DNA of 39,650 nt, taken from NCBI GenBank assembly GCA_016839785.1, contig JAEOTQ010000162.1:1-39650 (forward strand). The letters are read 5' to 3'. Source of the DNA: Candidatus Hodarchaeota archaeon (GTDB lineage Archaea; Asgardarchaeota; Heimdallarchaeia; Hodarchaeales; Hodarchaeaceae). This document shows positions 1 through 9,581 of this stretch, one piece after another. The position numbers were made by a program, and so were the translations under genes. Position 1 is the stretch's first letter, and each line of letters opens with the position of its first letter. The notes beneath the pieces were generated by a model. That model was not told the origin of the DNA, searched no databases, and saw only the letters and a program-made list of their open reading frames with translations.

Positions 1-537
1 CCATTAGAAGTTACACCTGCAGTAGTAGCTGCATCAATCAGTGAATCAACCCCTCCCCCTAAAGTGACAAAACCTATAAAGGCTAAAACGGTTACGGATT
101 CACCCAAGGCAGAAAAAGTTATAAAACCAGTTTCACCACCTCCCCCTCCCTCAAAACCAAAGGAAGCAAAAAGTGAAAAGCCGATTGAAGTGAAAGAAGT
201 TGAAGAATCTTCAATCTTATATTTTGCTGCGAATGAGACTGTAGAAGTAACTGAATCAAAAGCAAAGCTATTATATTCTGCAATCAAAAATGAAACAACG
301 CTCACCATGCTTCATACATCATCTGCGGCCACGGAAGGAAAAATTTCTTTGTTTTCCTTGAAAAGAAATACAAAGACAGCTACTTGCAAGACAGCAAATC
401 CAATATTTGTAATTTATTTATCCTCAAGTATGAATTCCGTACAAGCTCTTGATGATCTAGAGATACCCATACCTGCAGGTTATTCTATTTACTATACCTG
501 TCCTGGAAATACTTTTCTGGGAATAAACCTTGAATGA
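1..537 (+). CDS. 5'-truncated hypothetical protein: Pro/Lys/Glu-rich linker plus ~110-aa C-terminal globular domain
   Basis: Frame is open from base 1 (PLEVTPAVVAASISESTPPPKVTKP...) and continuous with track ORF 64..537; ends TGA TGA; contains SPPPPPSKP. Confidence 0.75.
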   Translation, partial: PLEVTPAVVAASISESTPPPKVTKPIKAKTVTDSPKAEKVIKPVSPPPPPSKPKEAKSEKPIEVKEVEESSILYFAANETVEVTESKAKLLYSAIKNETTLTMLHTSSAATEGKISLFSLKRNTKTATCKTANPIFVIYLSSSMNSVQALDDLEIPIPAGYSIYYTCPGNTFLGINLE

Positions 538-688
538 TGATCTGACAAGCACTTATTTCCTGCTTTCAGTCATTCTATTCAATTCCTACTCCTTTTTAAA
601 CAATAATTGATCCCTCTTCTTTTTCACGATAAAAACAATTTTAAAACTCTTTTCTCCCCATGTTTAAACCTCAACAAGGTGTTTTTTG

Positions 689-2002
689 ATGAATGATAAA
701 AAATTCAATTCTCGACTAAAAGGTTTCTTCCGAATGTCGATGAGAGATCGACAAAAAAAGATAAAGGACCTATGTCAGTTAAGTCAAGAAGATTTAGAAT
801 ATTTAAATGAATCCTCGACAACATTAGAAAAAGCAGGTCAAGGTTTTTACATTGAAAATGTCATCGGGGTTCAACAAATCCCTCTAGGAGTCGCCACTAA
901 CTTTACAATAAACGGTGAAGACGTTTTGGTCCCAATGTCTGTAGAAGAGGCTTCCGTAGTAGCTGCTGCATCGAATTCGGCTAAAATTGCTCGTACTTCA
1001 GGTGGTTTTACTACAAGTAGTACCCCTCCCATCATGATTGGTCAAATTCAAGTAATAAATATTCCAAATCCATTTTCTGTTCGTGAATTATTTCTAGAGC
1101 ATGAAGATGAAATAATTAAGATAGCAAATGAACAAGATCCCATTTTAGTGAAGTTCGGAGGGGGATGTAGAGGAATTAATGTTAAAGTTCTTATGGATAC
1201 TATCACAGAGCCCATGGTAATATTGGAACTTTTGGTAGATGTTCGTGATGCCATGGGGGCTAATGCTGTAAATACCATGAACGAAGCGGTCGCACCACTA
1301 TTGGAAAAATTATCTGGCGGTAAAGCTTTATTAAGAATTATATCGAACTTAGCAGTTCGGAGATTGGTTCGCGCAAAAGCAACTTTTAAAGCTGATGACC
1401 TAAAAACAGATAAATTTTCAGGTACCGAGGTCGTAGATGGTATCTTAAACGCTTATGCTTTTGCAGAAGCGGATCCATATAGAGCATCAACTCATAATAA
1501 AGGTATTATGAACGGTATTGATGCTGTTGCATTAGCCACTGCTCAAGATTGGCGTGCAATTGAAGCTGGTGTCCATACTTATGCAGCTATCAAACAACCT
1601 GGAAAATATACTTCTCTTACAACGTGGGAAAAAAATGTCGAAGGAGACCTTGTTGGAACTATAGAAATTCCTCTCGCAGTAGGATTAGTAGGGGGAGTCG
1701 CAAGAATTCATCCTATTGCTCAAATTGCTTTCAAAATAATGAACCTCTCTGTTCCAGGGGGAGCGCTTAAATTGGCCGAGATAATGGCGTGTGTAGGGTT
1801 AGCACAGAACTTTGGTGCACTTCGGGCATTAGCATCAGTTGGCATTCAAGCAGGTCATATGAAATTACATGCGCGTAATTTAGCTGCATCCATGGGAGCA
1901 AAGGGTGAAATATTAGATAAAGTAATTGAAATTCTCACCGAAAGAGATCTAAAAGTCACGTATGATAATGTTAAATCGATTTATGACGAAATAACAAAGT
2001 AG
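689..2002 (+). CDS. mvaA: Hydroxymethylglutaryl-CoA reductase, class II (bacterial/degradative type)
   Basis: Class II motifs ENVIG, EEASVVAA, DAMGAN, ISNL, THNKGIMNG, GIQAGHMKLH; ATG at 689 (in-frame TTG at 686). Confidence 0.95.
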   Translation: MNDKKFNSRLKGFFRMSMRDRQKKIKDLCQLSQEDLEYLNESSTTLEKAGQGFYIENVIGVQQIPLGVATNFTINGEDVLVPMSVEEASVVAAASNSAKIARTSGGFTTSSTPPIMIGQIQVINIPNPFSVRELFLEHEDEIIKIANEQDPILVKFGGGCRGINVKVLMDTITEPMVILELLVDVRDAMGANAVNTMNEAVAPLLEKLSGGKALLRIISNLAVRRLVRAKATFKADDLKTDKFSGTEVVDGILNAYAFAEADPYRASTHNKGIMNGIDAVALATAQDWRAIEAGVHTYAAIKQPGKYTSLTTWEKNVEGDLVGTIEIPLAVGLVGGVARIHPIAQIAFKIMNLSVPGGALKLAEIMACVGLAQNFGALRALASVGIQAGHMKLHARNLAASMGAKGEILDKVIEILTERDLKVTYDNVKSIYDEITK

Positions 2003-2031
2003 GAATTGTATAAGGGACTTTTTCTGTATGA

Positions 2032-2706
2032 TTATTCTCTCTTCACAAGATTAGAATAGTCATCATCCTCTTGTACTTCCCACTGCTCAATGCCAATCAT
2101 ATTCGATTGACAAGACACATCAATTTGTGTTAAGACGTTTAGAAAATTTGCGAGAATTCTTCCAGTAGCCCCCCAGATTATTTCTCCTTCATAATTAAAG
2201 AAAGGAACATGTATTAATTTTTCTCCTTTGTATGGTACTGCTTCTGTCCAAAATTCTTTAATATTGGAGATTTTATTTAACGCTACTTTTAGAACATATT
2301 CAATTTCATCAGAATTATGATTTGAACACTTTACATCGAAATCTTCTACAATAAAACCTACAATTGGAGTGACAACATATTGGCTTACTGTGAAAATGTC
2401 ATCCAATAATCCTAAGACATGAACGTCTTCACATCCAATTTCCTCATGAACTTCACGTAAGGCTGTATGAATTAAATCTTTATCCAAATCTTCGTCATAT
2501 CTTCCACCAGGGAAAGAAATCTCATTCTTATGATGAGTAACTTTCTCTGTTCGTCGAGTAAAGAGCAAGAACCACTCCTCAAAATTCCGAAACAGCGGAA
2601 TAAGGACAGCTGCTCTTCTATAGTCTTGAGGAAGTTTAAGAACTTTGCGAGAACTCTCTTGAAGCATTGTTTGCAATTCTTGAAGGCATTGTGGAAGTTG
2701 AGACAC
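2032..2706 (-). CDS. Nudix hydrolase, CoA pyrophosphatase subfamily
   Basis: AAVLIPL, LLFTRR..H..EISFPGG (NuCoA motif), Nudix box ALREVHEEIG, IWGATGRIL. Confidence 0.9.
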   Translation of the reverse strand: MSQLPQCLQELQTMLQESSRKVLKLPQDYRRAAVLIPLFRNFEEWFLLFTRRTEKVTHHKNEISFPGGRYDEDLDKDLIHTALREVHEEIGCEDVHVLGLLDDIFTVSQYVVTPIVGFIVEDFDVKCSNHNSDEIEYVLKVALNKISNIKEFWTEAVPYKGEKLIHVPFFNYEGEIIWGATGRILANFLNVLTQIDVSCQSNMIGIEQWEVQEDDDYSNLVKRE

Positions 2707-2939
2707 TTAGATCTCCTACTTATGAGCAAATAAGGGTTTATTTAAGACATTTTTTAGATAAATGAAATAAATGACTATATTTCATTTCTTCCCAGGGATT
2801 TTCCTTCGAAACTCCATCTGTTTAGCAATATATATAATTCAGAGAATTTTTGATTTATTCAACAAATAGCTTGTTTCCAATTTGCGAATAGTCAAAAAAT
2901 TCGCATACTGAAATCACCAGAAATTAAGGGTACTTATTC

Positions 2940-3323
2940 ATGCCTTTTATTAATGTAACATTTGCAGAAGCAAAGAATTCTTTAACAAATCGGACTCTCA
3001 TCGCTGAAATGCTAAAAGAAAAAAAAATAAATCCAAAAGAGGCTGATTTACTGGAACATATGCATTTCTATGCAAAAGATCAAGAAAAACACTCTCTAGA
3101 AAAGGTAAAAGAATTATGCAATCAATATTTTCTAAATGATCCAGAAGACGCCTATCAAAAAATTTATCGATTTGTCACAAGTGATAACAAAAGAGTTGCT
3201 TGGGTAATTTTTTCCCGAACGTTCCAACAAATTCCTTATGATGACAAAGATCCACTAGACGACTATACACCACGAGTTTCCGAAGTTTTGACAATTAAAT
3301 CAACATTCATTGCAATCAAGTGA
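2940..3323 (+). CDS. Hypothetical protein (127 aa), first gene of a putative three-gene operon
   Basis: ATG start, ordinary protein composition, 17 bp before the next gene, with a GGAG Shine-Dalgarno-like element in the gap. Confidence 0.7.
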   Translation: MPFINVTFAEAKNSLTNRTLIAEMLKEKKINPKEADLLEHMHFYAKDQEKHSLEKVKELCNQYFLNDPEDAYQKIYRFVTSDNKRVAWVIFSRTFQQIPYDDKDPLDDYTPRVSEVLTIKSTFIAIK

Positions 3324-3340
3324 GATAGGAGAATAAACCA

Positions 3341-5110
3341 ATGGCTGAAGGTAATTGTGAGCAATTGGCCACTGAAGCAGAAAAAGCTACTAGTCATTCT
3401 CTAGAGATTGCAGCTGAAATCTATGAGTCAACAGCTAAATGCTTCGATTCCAAAGGTGATAGAAGAAAAGCAGGCCAGTATCTCACAATTGCGGGTGATT
3501 TTTATTTAGAAATCAAGAAAATGGATAAGGCAGCCAGCTGTTATGGAAAAGCTATTGTCAGACATCTAATGACTGAAGATATTGAAACTGCCAAAATCCT
3601 TGTTGAAAAGGGAAAAGATTATGGTTTCACTTCCGCAACCTATCAATTCAAAATGGCACTGAATGCATTAGATCGAAAAATAACTACAGAAGAGGGAATG
3701 GAGGCGGAACTCACTCAATCTCACATCGGAGAAGATCTCCCAGATATTGTGATCTTACCTTTGGAGGAAGAGAAGGGATTAATACCGATAAACGACGAAG
3801 AATTCACAAATAATGATGATATTGATTATAATAGACAAGATTTTGTTATACCCGAATTAAAAACTGATGACCCCACTAAGATGAACTCATTCGCAGTATT
3901 AGCGGCAGTATCAAAGAGTGCAAGAAAAAAAACAGAAAGAAGAATACTTAGCGAAGCTGTAGTGAAGGATCAAAGGGGAGAAACAAAGTTTTTAGCATCG
4001 AAGTCAAGAATCACCTCAAAAAGAGCCAGTTCTGATGTTGAAGGAGTTACCGAACAAAAACACTCTGTTCCAATTTCAAAATCTGAAACTGAATTACAAG
4101 ATGATACACCCCCTCCTACTGAGCAAATACTCCTTGCAGATACTTTAGATCTCGAATATGCGGCTAAAACTGAGATTACCAATGAATACGAAGAAGATTT
4201 ACTAGATATCGAAATTGTAGATCGAATTCCATTCAGATGGGAAGTTGTAGATTTTCAGACGAATTTTGAGCTTAATGAAAGAAAAAGAACAGAAGAAGGA
4301 ACGGTATTCACCTGGAAGGCTGAAAAACTAGCTTCAGGGACGAAAGGAACAATAGAGTATGTGCTACGTAAACGAATAGAAAGATCAATCATCCTTAGAA
4401 AAGAACGGCAAGTGGTTGTTTTGAATTTATACCACTCATTGCATCAGAATTTGGAAGCTCAGCTGAACTTCGTTAATACTACAGGAGAGCAGGTACAAGA
4501 AATACTTATCGAGGACGTAATTCCTCCAGAATTGGTTGTTAATCAAGCCTTTTCACCTCAAAAAATTCGTGCTGTGAGGATACCAACTCATAATTCAACA
4601 TTATTCCGATGGATATTCAGTAATCTTCCCCCAGGGGATACTTTTTCCGTGAATTATGTCTTCAAGGAAAAACCATTGACTCGTCAATATATAACTGAGG
4701 TTGAAACTGATTCTGGGAAGTTAATATGTACAAAAATATCTCAACCCCTCGTTGATTCATTTGAATGTGAATATATTTGGATGTATACTATCGAAAATAT
4801 GTCAGCAAATGATATCACTTTGAATGATCGTATACCGTTAGATTTTAGTATATCCCTTGTTGATCCAATACATTTACGACCAACTATTCTTCGAGAAAAA
4901 TCGAATATTCTCTTATCTTGGAATTTAGAATCAGAAGAGAAGATTTTCATTGTTTTGAGAATGTCAGGAAAGGAGTCATTTACCCCACTCGCACCCACCA
5001 TTGAGATGAAGAACTGCAGAGAAATTCAGATTTTAGAAACCAGCTCTGACTCGAAAAAGGCATTACTTGATATCAGGCATCTTAAGCTTAAATTCTTGGA
5101 GATAATCTAA
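3341..5110 (+). CDS. Uncharacterised cytosolic protein: N-terminal SNAP-like TPR helices, acidic linker, three DUF11/Ig-like beta-sandwich repeats
   Basis: AAEIYESTAKCF and KAASCYGKA TPR patterns; repeat cores IEIVDRIP, ILIEDVIP and ITLNDRIP, each followed by a Trp strand (FTW/FRW/LSW); no signal peptide or TM segment. Confidence 0.65.
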   Translation: MAEGNCEQLATEAEKATSHSLEIAAEIYESTAKCFDSKGDRRKAGQYLTIAGDFYLEIKKMDKAASCYGKAIVRHLMTEDIETAKILVEKGKDYGFTSATYQFKMALNALDRKITTEEGMEAELTQSHIGEDLPDIVILPLEEEKGLIPINDEEFTNNDDIDYNRQDFVIPELKTDDPTKMNSFAVLAAVSKSARKKTERRILSEAVVKDQRGETKFLASKSRITSKRASSDVEGVTEQKHSVPISKSETELQDDTPPPTEQILLADTLDLEYAAKTEITNEYEEDLLDIEIVDRIPFRWEVVDFQTNFELNERKRTEEGTVFTWKAEKLASGTKGTIEYVLRKRIERSIILRKERQVVVLNLYHSLHQNLEAQLNFVNTTGEQVQEILIEDVIPPELVVNQAFSPQKIRAVRIPTHNSTLFRWIFSNLPPGDTFSVNYVFKEKPLTRQYITEVETDSGKLICTKISQPLVDSFECEYIWMYTIENMSANDITLNDRIPLDFSISLVDPIHLRPTILREKSNILLSWNLESEEKIFIVLRMSGKESFTPLAPTIEMKNCREIQILETSSDSKKALLDIRHLKLKFLEII

Positions 5111-7048
5111 TTGTCAGAAACTTTACCTCATTTTAATATGCACCAGTTTAACCATGTAGTGCTAGCGGTTCTATGGGACGATATCTCGGGCCCTTCAATT
5201 ATATCCCTTTATCCTTTGGCCTTTGATGACCCTGAATCAATCGCGTTACAGATATATCTAGCTTCAGTAACGGTTTTCGGTCAACATGGACAATCTCAAA
5301 GGACAGAGTTTAGTGTCCCCTTGTTAAGCTTGGGAAAAAATATCCTTGCCCGTGTAGCATTTGATGCATGGTTTGATCCATCAATTCGTGGAGAAGAACG
5401 TCCATTTTTTTTAGCTATTATTGCAAAACATGATAGCGTAAATTTATTGAATACACATCTCGACACTCACATTTTTACATACTTAGATATGCTAAAGGAA
5501 GAGAAAGACAAATTTAATGCAAGATTGGTGTGGGAAAAGATCACAGATTCAATAAGTGATTCTCCAATAGAAAAAGTCCATTTTGATCCAGCTAGTATAG
5601 ATTCCGAATACGCTATCCCACGTGCCTTGAAAGATTTACAAACGGCACATGAAGCATGGGATAAACTCAAAGATCGTAATCAACTCTGGACAGCCATGAA
5701 AGTGGCAAATCGGTTGGAAAAAATTGATGATAATGCTGCTGGTGAAGCATTTCTTTTATCTGGAAACATTTTCCAAGCCACCAATAACTTTCAGGATGCA
5801 CAAAATGCTTTTAAACAGGCTACTGACGCTTTTTCTCGAGCTCATGAGTTTCAGAAATCAGGCCAAGCTTTTTGTCTAGCAGGAAAAATGGCCTATCAAT
5901 TGGGGAATAATGATAAGGCAATTGAATTATTTCAAAGTGGAGCTGTCTGGATAAAAGACTTAAACTCACAAGCCTCACTACAATACGATATGGCATTAGT
6001 TTATCAAGATCTTGATCGGTTTGAAGATGCGAATGGATGTTTTGAGAAATCTGTGAAGTTGATTGAAGAAATTGATTATAATATTGCTGCAAAATATACA
6101 TCTACATATGCAAGTAAATTAATGCTTCAAGCAGAGAAGGAAAAATTAGAAAATCCAACGTATTCTCTTGGTTTGACACGGAAGTCCGCAGAGCAACGGA
6201 TTAGAGCTGCTGATTTCCTAAAGAGAAATGATGATGGACTTGAGGAAGCTGCCACGTCTTTAATGCTAGCTGCTAAAATCTTCTTTTCTTTAGAAAATGA
6301 ATTGAAAGGGATAAATCTTGTAAAACAGGCTTCTTTGCAATTTAAGCAGGTAGATAATTTTCAGTCAGCTCTTAAAACTTTATACGATGGTGCTCAAACG
6401 GTAAAAGATGTTGAATCGAAATTATCACTTTTTAATCATGCTCTTTCTCTCATTCCAGAGGAAACTCATGATAATCAAATTAAAAGATTATTAGGACTGA
6501 TATCTTATGAGATTGGAAGAATTGAAATAGATAGGGATCAGCATTTAGTATCAAATAATTATCTCTCTCGTTCTAAGAATTTCCTTACTACTGCTAAAGC
6601 TCCTACTGTTGAACTAATTCCCGTGTTGATACTCTTTGCAAGCAATTCATTTAATATCGAAAACTTCGAGGATGCTGCTAGTAATTTTTATGCAGCCTAT
6701 GAGCTTTTATCAGATATGGAAGAGACAGAATCAATATTAAATCAAAAAAGTCGATCCTTAACAAACGCGTTAATTAGTTGGAGACGAAGCAGTACTATAT
6801 ATCACAATGCAGGATTAGTCTCGTTATTAAACCAAAAGGAGAGAGAGTCTGTTGAATATTTCACTCGTTCAGCCGCATTATTGATTGAATGGGTAGAAAA
6901 TAATGCGATAGACTCTCAGGATGAAATTCAAAAGGTACTACGAGATCGTGTAAGTAGATTACAGGTAAAAAATGACTTATTCTTGTTAGCTGAGTCGAAA
7001 TATAAAATTGAGGGAATTATTTCAGATCTAAATTCATTAATTATTTAA
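5111..7048 (+). CDS. Longin/uDENN-like N-terminal domain fused to an extended TPR (alpha-SNAP-like) solenoid
   Basis: N-terminal VVLAVLWDDISGPSIISLYP resembles the hydrophobic-FD-x3-GP-x5-YP start of longin/uDENN domains; ~480 aa of TPR-type repeats (AQNAFKQATDAF, ANGCFEKSV, AASNFYAAY); TTG start abuts the previous stop, alternative ATG at 5138. Confidence 0.6.
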   Translation: MSETLPHFNMHQFNHVVLAVLWDDISGPSIISLYPLAFDDPESIALQIYLASVTVFGQHGQSQRTEFSVPLLSLGKNILARVAFDAWFDPSIRGEERPFFLAIIAKHDSVNLLNTHLDTHIFTYLDMLKEEKDKFNARLVWEKITDSISDSPIEKVHFDPASIDSEYAIPRALKDLQTAHEAWDKLKDRNQLWTAMKVANRLEKIDDNAAGEAFLLSGNIFQATNNFQDAQNAFKQATDAFSRAHEFQKSGQAFCLAGKMAYQLGNNDKAIELFQSGAVWIKDLNSQASLQYDMALVYQDLDRFEDANGCFEKSVKLIEEIDYNIAAKYTSTYASKLMLQAEKEKLENPTYSLGLTRKSAEQRIRAADFLKRNDDGLEEAATSLMLAAKIFFSLENELKGINLVKQASLQFKQVDNFQSALKTLYDGAQTVKDVESKLSLFNHALSLIPEETHDNQIKRLLGLISYEIGRIEIDRDQHLVSNNYLSRSKNFLTTAKAPTVELIPVLILFASNSFNIENFEDAASNFYAAYELLSDMEETESILNQKSRSLTNALISWRRSSTIYHNAGLVSLLNQKERESVEYFTRSAALLIEWVENNAIDSQDEIQKVLRDRVSRLQVKNDLFLLAESKYKIEGIISDLNSLII

Positions 7049-7085
7049 TAAAGACCTAAGGTCTGATAAAAAATTTGTTTCCCGA

Positions 7086-9311
7086 TTAGTCCATAAATTT
7101 TAACCGTATTTGTTCAACTAATTTTTCTCGTTTCATAATTAACCTTGATTTCTTGAGCTCTAATCGCTTAACAATCTCCTCATGCTTTAGATCTGATACT
7201 TCGTCATTGAGAAATTTCTGGTCAGCTTTTTCCAATGAATCCTCAATTTGAGCGATATCACCATTAAGAGTTAAAAGTTCAGGATGATTAGTTGGAAAAC
7301 CCTCCTCATCATAGTGGTATTCTATTGATTGATCTTCTTGTTTTTCAGCTTTTTCTTGCTTAGCTTGTGACGTAATATTGATTGTTTTAGTGAAAACTTT
7401 AGGCCCAATTACTTTCTGAGATGGAGAGGATTTTTTCTCTTCCTTTTTGCTTTTACGTTTTGTATGCACATCCTGATCACTTAGATACTCAGAATCACCA
7501 ATTAAGAAGCCTTCTTGTTTTCCCTCAGAGTTTGTTAGGAGCAAATTTGGTAACTCACCTGAGAAAAGGGATTCGACTTGGTCAGTGAATAAACGATCAA
7601 ATTTCTCTTGGGCCATCGTAATTTCTTTACGTGCTTCATCAAGATCAATTTTTTCCCCTTCTTGTATACGCATACCGAAGATTTTAACGATTTCTCCTGC
7701 AGGCGTTTCTAATACTGACACAAATGGTGTTTGCACAAACGAATAGTCTGGAGTTTCTAGAACAGTAACTAATCCACCTAGAATTTTAACATATTCTCCA
7801 ACACCTTTTATTTCCACAACTTGAACTACTCCTCCAAGAATTTGAACCAGGTTTATTCCAAACTTCTCGAAAACGAATATTCCCGGTAATCGAACCAAAG
7901 TATAGTCTTTTGTTTCTGTAATTGTATATTTTGATGGAGCAGTATCAAAAACAGAGGAAAAAATTCCTTGTGGTCCTTTCCAATTCTTTAACTGAGATAT
8001 AGCCTGCTTGACATTGTCGAATAATTCAGTTGTGGAATCAAGTCCCGCAGAAATCAGCTCGTTTTCAGTTAGTTCACTTATTTTCTTGGGTTCTAGTTGA
8101 AGTTTGAGTTCATCCCATTCTTCTGGGGGAACCCAAATTGTTGTGGTACCCTCTACATCTTTTGTAGAAACCTCTTGATCTTCTGTCTTTGTAGACAACT
8201 CTGATTTTCCCATTAAAACCAGTGTCGTTCCTTTGTCAGTAACGGTAGGTACTGCAATAGAACCCTTTTTTGCTGAGATAGAAGTCTTTCCCTTGCTTAT
8301 GATTTTCAAATCATCTGTAGGAATGGTAAAAACCTGTGCTGGTTTTTCAAATGAAGTTTCTTGTATTGTACTGGCAAATTCATTAATTCTACTACCTACT
8401 TGACTATTAGGATCAACAATTTTTCCTGTAAGTGAATTAAGCATTGAGTTAAATCCATTAGTTCTTTTTCTTTGGGGTGTTAGTAAGAGCAATACCCCAA
8501 TTATTAGCAGAAAGAATGCTACGTATTGAATAACCTCTTTTCTATTAACTATCCAACCTAACAATAAAAATGCTAATAATATGAATGCTGATGACAAAAA
8601 TCCATCACGTACTCTTTCTACTCTATTTTTCAAGGCAAAATTTTGACGAAGAAGAGTATTTATTGAAACACTTTGCCTTGGAGCGTTACCAGGTAGAATA
8701 ATCCCCAGAACATTGAAAACGAGAGATCCAAGGAGCAATACTTCTAATTCAAATTCAAAGGATTCAGGGATTAGAAGGATTGAAAATCCAGTTAAAACAA
8801 AAATTACGATTGTTGCGATCCAAAAACCACGAAACACTTCCCCAACATAGTAAAAATAGCCAAAATGCATGGATTTTAAATTGAACCTGTTCCAAATAAT
8901 CGCTAGTGGTGTGAGAAGACAGGCCGTCAATGATTCAAATTCTGAATAAGACAAATTTGGAAAATTAACATCCCAAAGTTCGAAGGAGATGGACGCAGAT
9001 GAGAAAATATTGATGAGGATAAATCCGAAAAGAATTTTCACCGCCCTATTAAGAGGAGAAGGAATCTCTCTCTCATCGCCTGAAAAGAACTTTGAAAAGG
9101 GGATTACTAAAAAAAGCAGAAGAATGATACCAAATAAGGTTGCTCGTATGGCTGAATCACCAGTGAATGTTACAGCAATTATACACCAGAAAATAAGAGC
9201 AAGAGTAAAAATATAATCAAGGGGAGTCTTTGGTCGAAGAAATTCTTCTGTTTGATCAAGCGCAAAACTCTCTAAAGAGCCATACTTCTGTATTTTTTGA
9301 ATATTTTCCAT
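7086..9311 (-). CDS. Uncharacterised polytopic membrane protein (~8 TM) with a large C-terminal soluble region
   Basis: About eight hydrophobic segments in the first ~280 aa, then a soluble region with beta-hairpin repeats, a Lys-rich linker and a terminal helical hairpin/coiled coil. Confidence 0.75.
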   Translation of the reverse strand: MENIQKIQKYGSLESFALDQTEEFLRPKTPLDYIFTLALIFWCIIAVTFTGDSAIRATLFGIILLLFLVIPFSKFFSGDEREIPSPLNRAVKILFGFILINIFSSASISFELWDVNFPNLSYSEFESLTACLLTPLAIIWNRFNLKSMHFGYFYYVGEVFRGFWIATIVIFVLTGFSILLIPESFEFELEVLLLGSLVFNVLGIILPGNAPRQSVSINTLLRQNFALKNRVERVRDGFLSSAFILLAFLLLGWIVNRKEVIQYVAFFLLIIGVLLLLTPQRKRTNGFNSMLNSLTGKIVDPNSQVGSRINEFASTIQETSFEKPAQVFTIPTDDLKIISKGKTSISAKKGSIAVPTVTDKGTTLVLMGKSELSTKTEDQEVSTKDVEGTTTIWVPPEEWDELKLQLEPKKISELTENELISAGLDSTTELFDNVKQAISQLKNWKGPQGIFSSVFDTAPSKYTITETKDYTLVRLPGIFVFEKFGINLVQILGGVVQVVEIKGVGEYVKILGGLVTVLETPDYSFVQTPFVSVLETPAGEIVKIFGMRIQEGEKIDLDEARKEITMAQEKFDRLFTDQVESLFSGELPNLLLTNSEGKQEGFLIGDSEYLSDQDVHTKRKSKKEEKKSSPSQKVIGPKVFTKTINITSQAKQEKAEKQEDQSIEYHYDEEGFPTNHPELLTLNGDIAQIEDSLEKADQKFLNDEVSDLKHEEIVKRLELKKSRLIMKREKLVEQIRLKFMD

Positions 9312-9581
9312 AAAAAAACTCTTTCCTTATTTGTTTCTTAAATTTCTGCTATTATCAACTGATGCTTAACATATTATCCAATTTGAAATTATATTTTTTG
9401 ATTTTGTCAAGCTCTTTAAATAACTGGTTTTTCCATACTTTTGATCAGTAATCGGGATTCAGACCAAGAAGTCGTCTCAATTTGTAGTTTTACACTTTTA
9501 TTTATATGAATTACACTCGAGGTAAATATGTCGAAGTTTGATAAAATTTTATAATAAAAGGTATCTATGGAACGAAAATCA

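Noticed and set aside
535-540. Tandem TGA as possible selenocysteine or readthrough
   Set aside because: Double stop followed by T-rich terminator-like sequence; no SECIS-like hairpin seen
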